A stretch of 64,000 nt of DNA from Gemmatimonadota bacterium (GTDB lineage Bacteria > Gemmatimonadota > Gemmatimonadetes > Gemmatimonadales > GWC2-71-9): contig JBGOUQ010000021.1 of the NCBI GenBank assembly GCA_041477065.1, positions 1,060 to 65,059 of the forward strand, given 5' to 3'. The translations under genes were made by a program, and so were the position numbers. Within the stretch, counting starts at the first letter, position 1; every line of letters begins with the position of its first letter. The notes under the pieces are model-generated. The model was not told the DNA's origin. It searched no databases and worked only from the letters and a program-made list of their open reading frames with translations. Below, one piece after another: positions 1 through 9,488 of this stretch.

Positions 1-1963
1 TCCAGTTGCCGCCGGCGGGGTTGGTCCAGCTGCGGCCGACGATGCTGCCCGCCACGGTGAAGGGCACGCTGGTGGCGCCGGCGAGCCCGGTGGCCGTCGC
101 GACGAGCGTGTAGCCCGCCCCGGGCTTGTCGATGCTCAGCGTGGTGAACGTCGCGACGCCACCCACGGCCGTCACCCCGGTCGTCCCGGAGAGCGTGGCG
201 TTCCCCGGGTTCGCACCCAGCGCCACGGTGACGAGCCCGGTGAACGCCGCGCCGTTGCCGGAGGCGTCCTGGGCCGTGACCACCACCGGCGCGAGCGGGA
301 TCCCGGTGAGGCCACCCGCCGGCGGCGTGGTGAAGGCCAGCTGAGTCGCGGCCCCGGCCGTGACCGCGAAGGAATTGCTCGTGGCGGAGGCGAGACCGGT
401 CGCGGACGCGACGAGGGTATAACCGCTCGCCGCCTTGTCGAGGCTCAAGGTGGAGAACGTCGCGACGCCGCCGATCGCGCCCGCGGGGGCGCCACCGGTG
501 AGCGTCGCGCTGCCCGGGTTCGCTCCGAGGGTGAGGCTCACCTGGTTGGTCGCGGTCGTGACCGGGTTGTCGAAAGCGTCCCGAATCTGCACCTGCACCG
601 CGGGTGCGATGCTCACGCCAGCGGCGGTCGTGGTCGGCTGCACGGTGAACGCCACCTTCGAGGCCGCGGCGACCGCGATCGTGAACGTGCCACTCACGAT
701 TCCGGTCAGCCCGCTCGACGTCGCGGCGAGCGTATACACACCCGCCTTGTCGAGGCTCGCGGTCGCGAAGGTGGCGATGCCGCCCACGGCGCTCGCGCTC
801 GGCGCGCCGGACAGGGTCGCGCCTCCGGGGCCGGTCTGGATCGCCAGCGCGACCGTGTTGGTCGCCGTGGAGACGAGGCTGCCGCCCGCGTCGCGCAGCT
901 CGACCTGGATGGCCGGCGCGAGCGCCACCCCGGCCGTCGCGCTCGAGGGCGGCGTCCGGAACGCGAGCTGCGTGGCGGTGATGCCGACCACCGTTTCGGG
1001 GAACGTCGCCGGTGCCGCGACCCCCGCGACGCTCGCTGTGAACTGGACCTGGCCCGGGGTGCTGCCGAGTGTCGCCGTGGTCTGAGCCGATCCCTGGGCG
1101 TCGGTCACGACCTGAGCACTCGTGACGCTCCCCCCACCGACCGCCTGGAACAGCACCACCACGCCCTTCACTGCCAAGCCGTCACCGGCGGTCACCTTCG
1201 CCACCAACGGCTGCGGGAGGAGGGCTCCCGGATTGCCGCTCTGTCCGCCGCCGCCCACGGCCGTGACCAGCGTCGGGACGGGGATGATGGTGAGCGGCGT
1301 GGACGCCGTCACCCCGCTGGGCGTGCGGACCGTGACGGTGAGCGCGGCGCGGCGCGACGGCGCGTGGAACGTACCGCCCGCGTCGATCGGCAGCGTCGCG
1401 TCGCTCGTACTCCACGCGACGTAGAACTGCGTGACGGCATTGCCGGAGCCGTCCCGGCCCGTGACGCGGAACGGCAGCGCGCCACCGAAGCTCACGACCG
1501 AGTCCCCCGGTGCGAGCGTCAGGGAAGCGACGTTGTCGCCGACGTACACGACCGGCAGCTCGATGGACGCGGGGGTCGCGTCGACGGTCACGGTGACGGT
1601 CTGCGAGCCGCGAAACACCAGCACCGACCCGCTCAGCAGCTCGAGCACGACCGTGAGGTTCTCGGATTCCGCCTTCAAGTCCACGCTGATGTCGAGCTGG
1701 AGCTGCGTCTGGTCCGGCGGGAAGGACTGGGTGACGACCTTGATCGTATCGGCGGGCGGCCGGATCACCCGGATGCGAACGTTGTCGATGTTGAGGCCGA
1801 ACAAGGCGAGCTGGTCGGAGAGCCGAGGCAGCACCGGCTGCACGGCGAGCACACCGTGCCGGAGGGCGGGCTCCGTGGACTCGCGGCAGGTGGCCACGGC
1901 CAAAGAAATGCCGAGCACGCCGATCGTGCGCAGCCGCGTTTGCAAGAGCCGCCTTCCTGCCAT
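1..1963 (-). CDS. Lipoprotein with tandem bacterial Ig-like (Big-type) repeats; 3' end runs off the window start
   Basis: Not in the ORF track because there is no stop inside the window. Manual minus-strand translation from ATG 1963-1961 gives MAGRRLLQTRLRTIGVLGISLAVATC (signal with a lipobox-like Cys). The frame then stays open to position 1 with GC3-rich codons. It contains three ~100-aa repeats of the form QLAF.TPP..........V.V.D..GN.......V.L.....GATL.G......GGVATF..LS.DK.G.YTL.A...GL....S..F.V. Confidence 0.8.
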   Translation of the reverse strand, partial: MAGRRLLQTRLRTIGVLGISLAVATCRESTEPALRHGVLAVQPVLPRLSDQLALFGLNIDNVRIRVIRPPADTIKVVTQSFPPDQTQLQLDISVDLKAESENLTVVLELLSGSVLVFRGSQTVTVTVDATPASIELPVVYVGDNVASLTLAPGDSVVSFGGALPFRVTGRDGSGNAVTQFYVAWSTSDATLPIDAGGTFHAPSRRAALTVTVRTPSGVTASTPLTIIPVPTLVTAVGGGGQSGNPGALLPQPLVAKVTAGDGLAVKGVVVLFQAVGGGSVTSAQVVTDAQGSAQTTATLGSTPGQVQFTASVAGVAAPATFPETVVGITATQLAFRTPPSSATAGVALAPAIQVELRDAGGSLVSTATNTVALAIQTGPGGATLSGAPSASAVGGIATFATASLDKAGVYTLAATSSGLTGIVSGTFTIAVAAASKVAFTVQPTTTAAGVSIAPAVQVQIRDAFDNPVTTATNQVSLTLGANPGSATLTGGAPAGAIGGVATFSTLSLDKAASGYTLVASATGLASATSNSFAVTAGAATQLAFTTPPAGGLTGIPLAPVVVTAQDASGNGAAFTGLVTVALGANPGNATLSGTTGVTAVGGVATFTTLSIDKPGAGYTLVATATGLAGATSVPFTVAGSIVGRSWTNPAGGNW
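60..975 (-). repeat. Three tandem ~300-bp coding repeats (Ig-like domains) inside the 1..1963 gene
   Basis: Protein-level self-similarity was read directly. The units are TQLAFRTPPSSATAGV...FTIAV, KVAFTVQPTTTAAGV...SFAVT and QLAFTTPPAGGLTGI...VPFTV. Boundaries are approximate. Confidence 0.7.
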
Positions 1964-2172
1964 CAGGATACCGGTCGCCACGTGGTTCTCCGTCGAGCCT
2001 GGAAATGCAGGAACCGCGCCGCAGGGACCGACCTGCGGTCGTGGGGAAGTTGAATTGACGGCGGAGTTTAGGGAGCGTCAAGTCGGACGTGGCGCGTGCC
2101 TGCGACACGGGTTCGCCACACCATGCCGACGCACACGGCCCCGACCGTCAAGCAGGCGATCCCGGCGGTGGT

Positions 2173-2796
2173 CTAGTGGCAGCTCACTGCGAAGGCCGCC
2201 GTGACGGTCGCCTGTGGTTTGACGTTGATGGTGAGCGGATTGGAGGGGGTGACGGCGCAACCGGAAGCGACGTTGCCCAGCCCCACCACGTGACCGCCGC
2301 GCGGGAGTCCCGTGACGATCGTGGCCGCGTTCGCCGGGAGTTGCTCCGTCGCAACGCCGTCGATGCTGAGGCGGTAGCCGGCGCTCGCCGCCCCGGTCGT
2401 GGCGACCGTGACGGCCAGATCGCCTGTGAGCGTGACGCACGTGACCGCGAAGGCCACCTCGACGGTGTGACTGGACGTGACCTCCACCGCGTGCGGGTTG
2501 GGTGCGGCCACCGAGCAGTTCGGGGCGATGCCGGCGAGGAGGACGGTGTGGCTGCCGCTGAACGCGGGCAGCGTCGCGGCATCGTTCACTCCGATGGCGG
2601 TCTTGGAGACGGGGCCGCCGTCGATCACGACGGAATAGCCGTCCGCGTCCAGGTCGACGCCGATTGTCGTAACGGAGATATGGAGCGCCCCGCTGCTTGG
2701 CCCGGGAAAGTCGCTGCAAGCAGCCGCCAACATCAGCAGGAGGAGGCCCGCGACTCCCCCACCCAGGCGAACCGATGGAATCCTCGAGCCGATCAT
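2173..2796 (-). CDS. Small lipoprotein made of two copies of the DxDxDG/two-Cys module
   Basis: ORF track, 207 aa. SD GGAGGAGGG lies upstream of ATG 2796, and the lipobox is MLAAAC. Module 1 carries VDLDADGY ... IAPNC ... FAVTC. Module 2 is degenerate (AASAGYRLSIDG ... ASGC ... FAVSC). The family is the same as the modules in 12102..17775. Confidence 0.85.
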   Translation of the reverse strand: MIGSRIPSVRLGGGVAGLLLLMLAAACSDFPGPSSGALHISVTTIGVDLDADGYSVVIDGGPVSKTAIGVNDAATLPAFSGSHTVLLAGIAPNCSVAAPNPHAVEVTSSHTVEVAFAVTCVTLTGDLAVTVATTGAASAGYRLSIDGVATEQLPANAATIVTGLPRGGHVVGLGNVASGCAVTPSNPLTINVKPQATVTAAFAVSCH

Positions 2797-2908
2797 GGTG
2801 CCCTCCTCCGTACGGTTGCGCTCGGCCGCTTTGCGACCGACGCCCTATCGAACGGAAGGAGGCGGCGGGATTTGCGCGGCGAGTGGCGCCGCTGTCGAGG
2901 CTCGGGCC

Positions 2909-4900
2909 TCAACGGTTGTCCTGTTGGCCCACCACCTCCACCGGTACCAAACTCGAGTTCGTCGAGCCGTTGCCGAGCTCCCCGACCACATTGCTCCCCC
3001 AGCAATACGCAACGCCGTCCGTCGTCAGACCGCAGGAGTGGCCGAGCCGGCCGTTGGCCGCACTCAATGCCTGGAATGCGTGGCCACCCGCGACCTCCAA
3101 CGGCGTCAAACTGATGTGAATCGTCGTGCCGTCGCCGAACACGCCATTGTCCCCGATTCCCCAGCAGACCGCGGCCCCGGTTGTCGGGACACCGCAGGCG
3201 TACTGGAGCCCCGCTGCGATGGAGGTAAACGGGAAATCGCCGCCGGTCCGCACGGGCGCGGATGCAAAGCTGTCGAGCGGCACCCCGGTACCGAGCAGAC
3301 CCGCGTTGTAACCCCAGCAGTACACGAAGCCCGCTGTCGTGAGGCCGCAGGCACTTGCATCCAGAGCTGTGACCGCAGTGAACGCGAGCCCACCTACCAC
3401 CGCAACGGGTATACGGCTGCAGGAATACCCTGGGCCTCCCGGGGAGGCATTACACTGATCTGGTCCGGCCGCTGTCCCGATGCCGAGCTGGCCGGCATCA
3501 TTGGTCCCCCAGCAATACGCAGCGCCCGTTGTGGTCACGCCGCAGGTGAGGGCGTTACCGGCGCTCACCGAGGTGAAGGTGAGCCCGCCCGCGACAGGCA
3601 CCGGCGTGGAGCAGCCATAGACGGTCCGACAGCTCACGGCCAATGTCGCGGAGTCGGCCCCAAGCTCACCATCAGAGCCTCTGCCCCAGCAGTACGCCGC
3701 GCCCTGCGTGGTCACGCCGCAGGTGTGATCTCGGCCCGCGCTGATCCATCGGAAAGTGAGCCCGCCGGCGACGGGGACGGGATACGGGCAGCCAACGCCG
3801 GAAGTGGACGCGTAACACGTGTTGAGCGCAGTCGTGTCCGCTCCAAGCGCTCCGTACGTGGTGGACCCCCAGCAATACGCCGCACCGTTCGTGGTCACCC
3901 CGCAGGTGTGAAAGACGCCGGCGCTCAACGATTGGAAGGTGAGGCCGCCGTCCACTGGCGCCGGAATCATGCTGCAGCGGATGCCACAGTCTGAGCTCGT
4001 GGTTGTACCCAGCTGACCCTCACTGTTGATCCCCCAACAATACGCGGCGCCGTTCGTGGTCACCCCACACGTGTGCCCGTCTGCCACGCTCAGCGCGGTG
4101 AACGCCAAGGGCTCCTCGTTCACACCCGTCGCAAACTGCACGTCGACGGAGGATCCAAGCGCCCTGCCGTTCAAGTCGTGGATCGCCTGGGTGACGACGA
4201 GGTCGTAGACCGTTTCGCGGGCGAGCGGCGTGTCGGGGTGAAACTCGGCGCGGAAGCCGCTGGTGTCATTCAACCGTACCGTCCCGGCAACGGGCGTCGA
4301 ACCGCCCCACAGCTGCACCGACCCAGTGCTCAACGTCGCCGAGTCGATCGGCGCGCTGAATACGACCGCGATGACCGCGTTGAGCGGCACGTCCACCTTC
4401 TTCGGCGGCGGGACGGTGCGCACCACGACGGGCGGGCGCGTCGCCGTGACCAGCTGCACCACGCGGATCGGACCCGTGGAGCCGGTGCGCTTGATCTCCA
4501 CGACCACGGAATCGCCGACGCTCGCGCTAATAGCGACCGGATCGAAGCCCCCGTCCACGACGCCGGTCATGACGGACTCGCCGCTCACCAGGTCGCGGAT
4601 CGTGGCGTGGAGCCCCGTGGGCACCGAGCCGGGCGCCAAGGAGATGTAGATCACGTCCGGGGAACCCGGCGAACCGAGCGCAGAGGCGCCGACCCGTCCC
4701 GCGGCAGCCATGGAGGAGGGAACGGGCGCAGAAAGAACGAGGCCCCGGAGGCTGTCGGTGGCGGGGAGGCTGTCGCCCACTGTGTGCTTGAGCCCGCTGG
4801 GAGGGTCCGAGCAGGCGGTGATTCCCGCGAGGAAGGCGACGACGACAAGCGACACAGCCGACGCGACTCGACCCATACGTACCTCTGCCTGATGCCTCAT
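2909..4900 (-). CDS. RCC1-repeat (seven-bladed beta-propeller) lipoprotein with N-terminal Ig-like (SbsA/Big_5-like) domain
   Basis: The 720-aa track ORF is trimmed to ATG 4900, which overlaps the upstream stop as ATGA. An alternative ATG is at 4876. The signal/lipobox is VVAFLAGITAC. About seven repeats of HTCGVTT.GAAYCWG.N..GQLG are typical of RCC1 blades. Confidence 0.9.
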   Translation of the reverse strand: MRHQAEVRMGRVASAVSLVVVAFLAGITACSDPPSGLKHTVGDSLPATDSLRGLVLSAPVPSSMAAAGRVGASALGSPGSPDVIYISLAPGSVPTGLHATIRDLVSGESVMTGVVDGGFDPVAISASVGDSVVVEIKRTGSTGPIRVVQLVTATRPPVVVRTVPPPKKVDVPLNAVIAVVFSAPIDSATLSTGSVQLWGGSTPVAGTVRLNDTSGFRAEFHPDTPLARETVYDLVVTQAIHDLNGRALGSSVDVQFATGVNEEPLAFTALSVADGHTCGVTTNGAAYCWGINSEGQLGTTTSSDCGIRCSMIPAPVDGGLTFQSLSAGVFHTCGVTTNGAAYCWGSTTYGALGADTTALNTCYASTSGVGCPYPVPVAGGLTFRWISAGRDHTCGVTTQGAAYCWGRGSDGELGADSATLAVSCRTVYGCSTPVPVAGGLTFTSVSAGNALTCGVTTTGAAYCWGTNDAGQLGIGTAAGPDQCNASPGGPGYSCSRIPVAVVGGLAFTAVTALDASACGLTTAGFVYCWGYNAGLLGTGVPLDSFASAPVRTGGDFPFTSIAAGLQYACGVPTTGAAVCWGIGDNGVFGDGTTIHISLTPLEVAGGHAFQALSAANGRLGHSCGLTTDGVAYCWGSNVVGELGNGSTNSSLVPVEVVGQQDNR

Positions 4901-7900
4901 CGCCCGCCGCTCAACGTGAACCCCGCCCAATAAAACGGATCGGCGGTGGCCGGATTGCGGAGCGCGGCCCGCTGCGCGTTCGCGAGCGCCTCGGCTTCGG
5001 GCCGTCCCGCCGCCAGCTCCGTGTAGAAGCGCGCCATCAACTCCGCCGTGGCGCGATCCTCCACCGGCCACAGCGTCGCCAGCACATTGGCGGCGCCGGC
5101 GTACAGGAACCCACCGACCAGGCCGACCCAGTCGTCCCCCACGGGCACGTCGGCGAGCGCTCCCGAGCCGAGCGCCGTCTGGCAGGCGGAGAGCACAACG
5201 AGCCGCGCGTGCAGGTCGAGCCCGAACACGTCGTGCACCTCGAGCCGCCCGTCCTCACCCGGCTGCGGGGCGAGCTCGACGAACGAGAACAGCGGGTTGT
5301 GCTTGTTGAGGACGCCGTACGTCGCAAAATGGATGATGCTCTGCCCCGACGCGACGGCCCGGAGGGCGCGCTTGGTGGCTTGAGGGCCCACGAGCACGCG
5401 CGCGCGTGCCCCGAACACGCGGCCGATGGCCCCGACCTCGACCCGCGAGCCCGGGAGCGCATCGATGCGTGGAGCGAGGGCGAGCACGCCGCCCCGGCTT
5501 GCCGACGGCGGGTCCGTACGGTCGCGCAGCCGAAGCCACACCGATGCCGAGGGAACCGTCGTCACGAGGTAGTGCTGCACGAGAAACGGCTGCGGCGCCC
5601 CGGCCTTCCGCAAAGCGGTGAACGGCAGGTAATGCAGCTCCGCGTGAGACACGATGATCAGCGCGCGCTTGCCGTGCAACAGACCCGCCCCCTCGATCGG
5701 GGCGATGAGGCGCTCGCTCAATCGCTCCAACGGTGCGCGCCACGAGGGCCCCGCGGCCGGACCGGACCGCACCGGGCGCGTGAGCGCCCCACGCGTGAAA
5801 TCCACCAGCGCGGCCAGCGCATGCCGGCCGATCCCGAGATCGAGGATGGCCGCCGTATCCGACGTCACGACGAACACCAGCGTGGTCGAATCGGTAACCA
5901 GGTACTCCAGCAGCGCCTCGTCAGCTGCCAACCGGCCGGCCACCTCCCGCAAGGGGACGACCTCACCGCGAACGAGATGCGCGTACTCGGGCCTCGCTTC
6001 TTGTACGCGCGCCAGCAGCTCGGCGTAGGCGGCCTGGGTCCGACCGAGCGCCTCCCGGACCGCGGCGCCGGCGCCGGCGCCCGGCTCGCGCAACCCGTCG
6101 CCATCGGCCGGCGACTCCTCGAGCCGGCGCGTGAGGTCTGAGATGCGGAGCCGCAAGTCCTGTTCCCGCGCGGCCAGAGAGTCTCCGCCCGACGTGCTCC
6201 ACACGACCCGGCCGCGGGCGAGCAGGTCGAGCATCTGCCGGGCGCGGAGCCGCTCGCTCGCCTCGAAGGCCGCGTCGATCCGTCCCCGCGCGCGCTCCAC
6301 GCTCGCCAGCTGGGCATAGACGTCCCATTTGTCCGCGAGATAGGACGCGCGGCGCTGCTCCAGCGGCAACCGGACGGCGACACGCTCGACGGCGGCCGCG
6401 GCGGCACGCATTTCGGTCGCGGCCTCCGCCAGCGCGCCGCGGCTCCGCAACGCCTCCCCCAGGCCGACATGCAGCGGCCAGGAGACGCTCGGCGCCGGCG
6501 TGGAGCCGAGACGCTCGAGCCCGCGGCGGTACAGCGATTCCGCGGTGAAGCCGATCCCCGCGCGGCCCGCGAGATCGCCCAGCGCCGCCAGCGCCGCCGC
6601 CTCCCCCACCGCGTCACCCACCACGCGCAGGGTGTCGAGCGCCGCCGTGACGCTGCGACGAGCGCCCGCGGTGTCCCCGCTTTCACGGAGCGCATAGCCG
6701 ATCAGGAGACGCGTCAAGGCTCTGCCGCGCGGGGCCGCGGACGACTGCGCCAGCAGCGCCTGTCCCAGGAGCTCGCGAGCCTGGTCGTAGTCCTCCCGCA
6801 GGAGCAGCAGGTTTCCTCGGCCCTGCAGCGCCTCCGCCTCGCCCGCGGCGTCGCCGGCGCGATGGAACAGCTGCTGCGCTCCTTCATAGGCCCGATCCGC
6901 TTCGTCCGGACGGTTGAGAAGGACCGACAAGTCCGCCTTGGTGAGGGCGAGCTTGGCGCGGATGTCCGCATCGTCAGCCCCCCCACCAGTCACGATTCCC
7001 GTCTCGGCGCGCTGCAGCTCGCGCAGCGCGCCCTGGATGTCGCCCATCGCGGCGCGCACATTCGCCAGATCGCGCCGCACCGCAATCGCGTCCGCGGCGG
7101 GCCCCGTGACCACGTAGATCCCGAGCGCGGTGGTGAGCGCCGCCGCGGCGCCCGCATAGTCGCCGCGGCCGAGCCGCACGAGGCCGATGTCGTGCCACAC
7201 CTCGGCCATACCGGGCCGATCGCCCGCGGCGCGATACAGGGCCAGCGCTTCCCGGTAGCGACCCGCGGCCGCCTCGTGGTCCCCGGAGAGCGCGTTGAGG
7301 TTGCCGAGATTGATGAGATTGACCGCTGCGGGCCCGTGCCGCTCGGCGTGACGGTTCGCCGCCAGCGCCGTCTCGAACGCCCGACGCGCGCCGGGGAGGT
7401 CGCCGAGGGTCTGGGCGATCAGCCCGCGGTTGTTTTCGTCCGCTGCGAGGCCCCGCGCGTCCCCGGAACGAGCCCGAATCTCGCCGGCTTGAGTGAACAG
7501 GGAGTCCGCCTGCCGCAGGTCGCCGCGATCGCGCCGCACGCTCGCCAGATTCCCGACCGCGTTGCCCGCGGTGCGGAAGTCGCCGATGCGCACCGCGGCG
7601 TCGCGTGAGCGCATCCAGTACGCCTCGGCGCTGTCGAGCTCGTGCTCGCCGTAGAACCCGCTGCCGATGTTGCCCCACCCGGCGGCCATCGCGGCGGTGT
7701 CGCCGATGCCCGCGGCGCGCCGCGTGCTCTCGCGCCACAGTCGTAGGGCGGCGGCGATGCCGCTGGGCCCGAGGGCGTCGTTACCAGCGCGCCGCAAGCT
7801 GTCGACGGCCGTCTTGGTCCGTCGCTCGGCCGGCAACCACGCCCGGAATCGGGCCACCTGCCGCACCAGGAACGAATCCCGCCAGGCGAGTGCGTACGCG

Positions 7901-8145
7901 TCCGCGAGCCGCTCGGCCGCCGCGAGCGGAGCGGTCGGGGTCGTGTCCCCAGACGCGGATGCGAGAGAAAACAGCTGGCGCAGCGCGTCCCGCACATCAT
8001 CGGGTCGACCGCGCACCTCGGTGACGAGCGCGGCCTGTGGCCCGTCGCGAGCGAGTGCGCGAAGCCGCTCCGCGCCCGAAGGAACCAGGGCGGGAGCGGA
8101 CGACTGGACGGCGATGGAGAAGAGGGCGAGCCAAGTCCCGGTCAT
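4897..8145 (-). CDS. TPR-repeat + CHAT (caspase-like) domain protein, possible N-terminal signal peptide
   Basis: The 1237-aa track ORF is trimmed to ATG 8145, which forms an ATGA overlap with the anti-sigma stop. The N-terminus is MTGTWLALFSIAVQSSAPALV. A long TPR-like helical-repeat region follows. The C-terminal CHAT region reads IIHFATYG ... LVVLSACQTALG ... LWPVEDRAT ... DPFYWAGFTLSG. Confidence 0.9.
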   Translation of the reverse strand: MTGTWLALFSIAVQSSAPALVPSGAERLRALARDGPQAALVTEVRGRPDDVRDALRQLFSLASASGDTTPTAPLAAAERLADAYALAWRDSFLVRQVARFRAWLPAERRTKTAVDSLRRAGNDALGPSGIAAALRLWRESTRRAAGIGDTAAMAAGWGNIGSGFYGEHELDSAEAYWMRSRDAAVRIGDFRTAGNAVGNLASVRRDRGDLRQADSLFTQAGEIRARSGDARGLAADENNRGLIAQTLGDLPGARRAFETALAANRHAERHGPAAVNLINLGNLNALSGDHEAAAGRYREALALYRAAGDRPGMAEVWHDIGLVRLGRGDYAGAAAALTTALGIYVVTGPAADAIAVRRDLANVRAAMGDIQGALRELQRAETGIVTGGGADDADIRAKLALTKADLSVLLNRPDEADRAYEGAQQLFHRAGDAAGEAEALQGRGNLLLLREDYDQARELLGQALLAQSSAAPRGRALTRLLIGYALRESGDTAGARRSVTAALDTLRVVGDAVGEAAALAALGDLAGRAGIGFTAESLYRRGLERLGSTPAPSVSWPLHVGLGEALRSRGALAEAATEMRAAAAAVERVAVRLPLEQRRASYLADKWDVYAQLASVERARGRIDAAFEASERLRARQMLDLLARGRVVWSTSGGDSLAAREQDLRLRISDLTRRLEESPADGDGLREPGAGAGAAVREALGRTQAAYAELLARVQEARPEYAHLVRGEVVPLREVAGRLAADEALLEYLVTDSTTLVFVVTSDTAAILDLGIGRHALAALVDFTRGALTRPVRSGPAAGPSWRAPLERLSERLIAPIEGAGLLHGKRALIIVSHAELHYLPFTALRKAGAPQPFLVQHYLVTTVPSASVWLRLRDRTDPPSASRGGVLALAPRIDALPGSRVEVGAIGRVFGARARVLVGPQATKRALRAVASGQSIIHFATYGVLNKHNPLFSFVELAPQPGEDGRLEVHDVFGLDLHARLVVLSACQTALGSGALADVPVGDDWVGLVGGFLYAGAANVLATLWPVEDRATAELMARFYTELAAGRPEAEALANAQRAALRNPATADPFYWAGFTLSGGR

Positions 8146-8729
8146 CGAGGCGATCCGGGCGCGCCGAGCGTGAATGACGTGAGATCCGAGGCCACCCAGC
8201 GATCCCACCCCGTCCGTGCGGCGACCTTCCAGAAGTACGGAACCCCGGCGCGCAGCGCGATCACGTGTGGCAAGAGGGCGACCGTGTCCGCAACCTGCGT
8301 TTCCCAAACGACCGAGCCGTTGCTGTCGAACACCGTCACGCGATAGCGGTCGGCGTGCGGCACGCTCGTCCACAAGAGGGCGGGGAGCGCGGCGACGGCG
8401 CCGAGTGGAGCGACGGGCCGCGGCGCCACCGTCGTCGTGACCGCCGGCTCGCGCAGCACCGACCCTGCCTGCTCGGGCGAGCGCTGCCACGGAGCGAAGT
8501 ACAGCACCAGCACCGCCGCGGCGGCAGCGAGCGGGACCAGCACCGTCCAGCGCCGCGGCACGGGAAGCCCCCGCGCCAGCCGAGCGACGGCCACTACCTC
8601 GGCCCGGCACTCGGCGCAGGCCGCGAGGTGCTCCTCGACCCCAGCGCGCGCCAGCGCCGCGAGCCCACGATCGACGTAGGCCGCGACGTCCTCCGCGCTC
8701 AGATGTCCTTCCCGCCGCTCATCGGGCAT
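8142..8729 (-). CDS. Anti-sigma factor (zf-HC2 type), single-pass membrane, ~110-aa extracytoplasmic domain
   Basis: The track ORF is 8142..8762. I prefer ATG 8729, which is preceded by SD GGAGGGG. The protein has HLAACAECRAEV (the HxxxCxxC zinc motif) and a TM segment WTVLVPLAAAAAVLVLYFAPW. It lies directly downstream of the ECF sigma gene. Confidence 0.8.
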   Translation of the reverse strand: MPDERREGHLSAEDVAAYVDRGLAALARAGVEEHLAACAECRAEVVAVARLARGLPVPRRWTVLVPLAAAAAVLVLYFAPWQRSPEQAGSVLREPAVTTTVAPRPVAPLGAVAALPALLWTSVPHADRYRVTVFDSNGSVVWETQVADTVALLPHVIALRAGVPYFWKVAARTGWDRWVASDLTSFTLGAPGSPR

Positions 8730-8777
8730 CGCATCCCCTCCGAGAGATGATACGGACACCACGAGCCGAATTGCGCC

Positions 8778-9437
8778 TCATGGCTCGGGTCCCTCGATGC
8801 CCCGCGCCCGCATCGCTCGGCGCAGATCCTCGAGTAGCGCGTTCAAACGGCGGTAGACATGGAACGGCGTCGGTGAGCCGAGGACGGCGGCGATCTCACG
8901 GGCCGACAGGTCGTCGTCGAACCGCAACCTGAGCAGCAGGCGATCGGCGGGGGCGAGGCGGCTGGATGCCGCCTCGAGCGCTCGTTGCAGCTCGCCACGC
9001 TGCACCAGCATGGCGGGGTCGGGGGCGGCGGCGGGCAGGTCCGCGGGATCGGTCTCGTCTGCCACCAGATCGACCAGGTGGCGTCGGGTGGTGCGCGCGG
9101 CCTGCGAAGGCGCGTCCGGGCGCGTCCGACCGTAGCGGTGCCGAAGGAAGTCCAGGCACAGCCGCCGTGCCACCACCACGAGCCAGGTGGTGAATTTGCT
9201 CCGGCCGTCGGCCACGTATTCGCGCAGCCGCCGGCACTCATCGGCGCGCAGCCGCTCGAGCAGATACGCGTACCCGTCCATCGCGACGTCGTGGTCGGCG
9301 GCGAGCGAGCGGGCGACGTGGAGCAGGAGGCGGCTGTGGGCCGCGACGAAGTTCCCCCAGGCGTCATCACGCGCCGGGCCCGCGGTCGCCGTGAGCAGCC
9401 GGGACAGCTCGCTGGGAGGAGGAGGAGGACCGTCCAT
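8778..9437 (-). CDS. ECF-type sigma-70 family RNA polymerase sigma factor
   Basis: ORF track, 219 aa. Region 2 reads FTTWLVVVARRLCLDFLRHRYGR. Region 4 HTH reads LSAREIAAVLGSPTPFHVYRRLNALLEDLRRAM. SD GGAGG lies upstream of ATG 9437. Confidence 0.9.
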   Translation of the reverse strand: MDGPPPPPSELSRLLTATAGPARDDAWGNFVAAHSRLLLHVARSLAADHDVAMDGYAYLLERLRADECRRLREYVADGRSKFTTWLVVVARRLCLDFLRHRYGRTRPDAPSQAARTTRRHLVDLVADETDPADLPAAAPDPAMLVQRGELQRALEAASSRLAPADRLLLRLRFDDDLSAREIAAVLGSPTPFHVYRRLNALLEDLRRAMRARGIEGPEP

Positions 9438-9460
9438 GGTGGCCCGGCCTCCAACCTACA

Positions 9461-9478
9461 GCGGGGGGTGCCCCCCGC
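9461..9478. promoter_or_regulatory. Perfect 8+8 bp GC palindrome (GCGGGGGG tg CCCCCCGC) in the sigma / aminotransferase divergent intergenic region
   Basis: Read directly from the sequence. It lies 24-41 nt upstream of the sigma start codon, so it could be an operator or a 5'UTR hairpin. Confidence 0.4.
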
Positions 9479-9488
9479 AACGCCGCCC

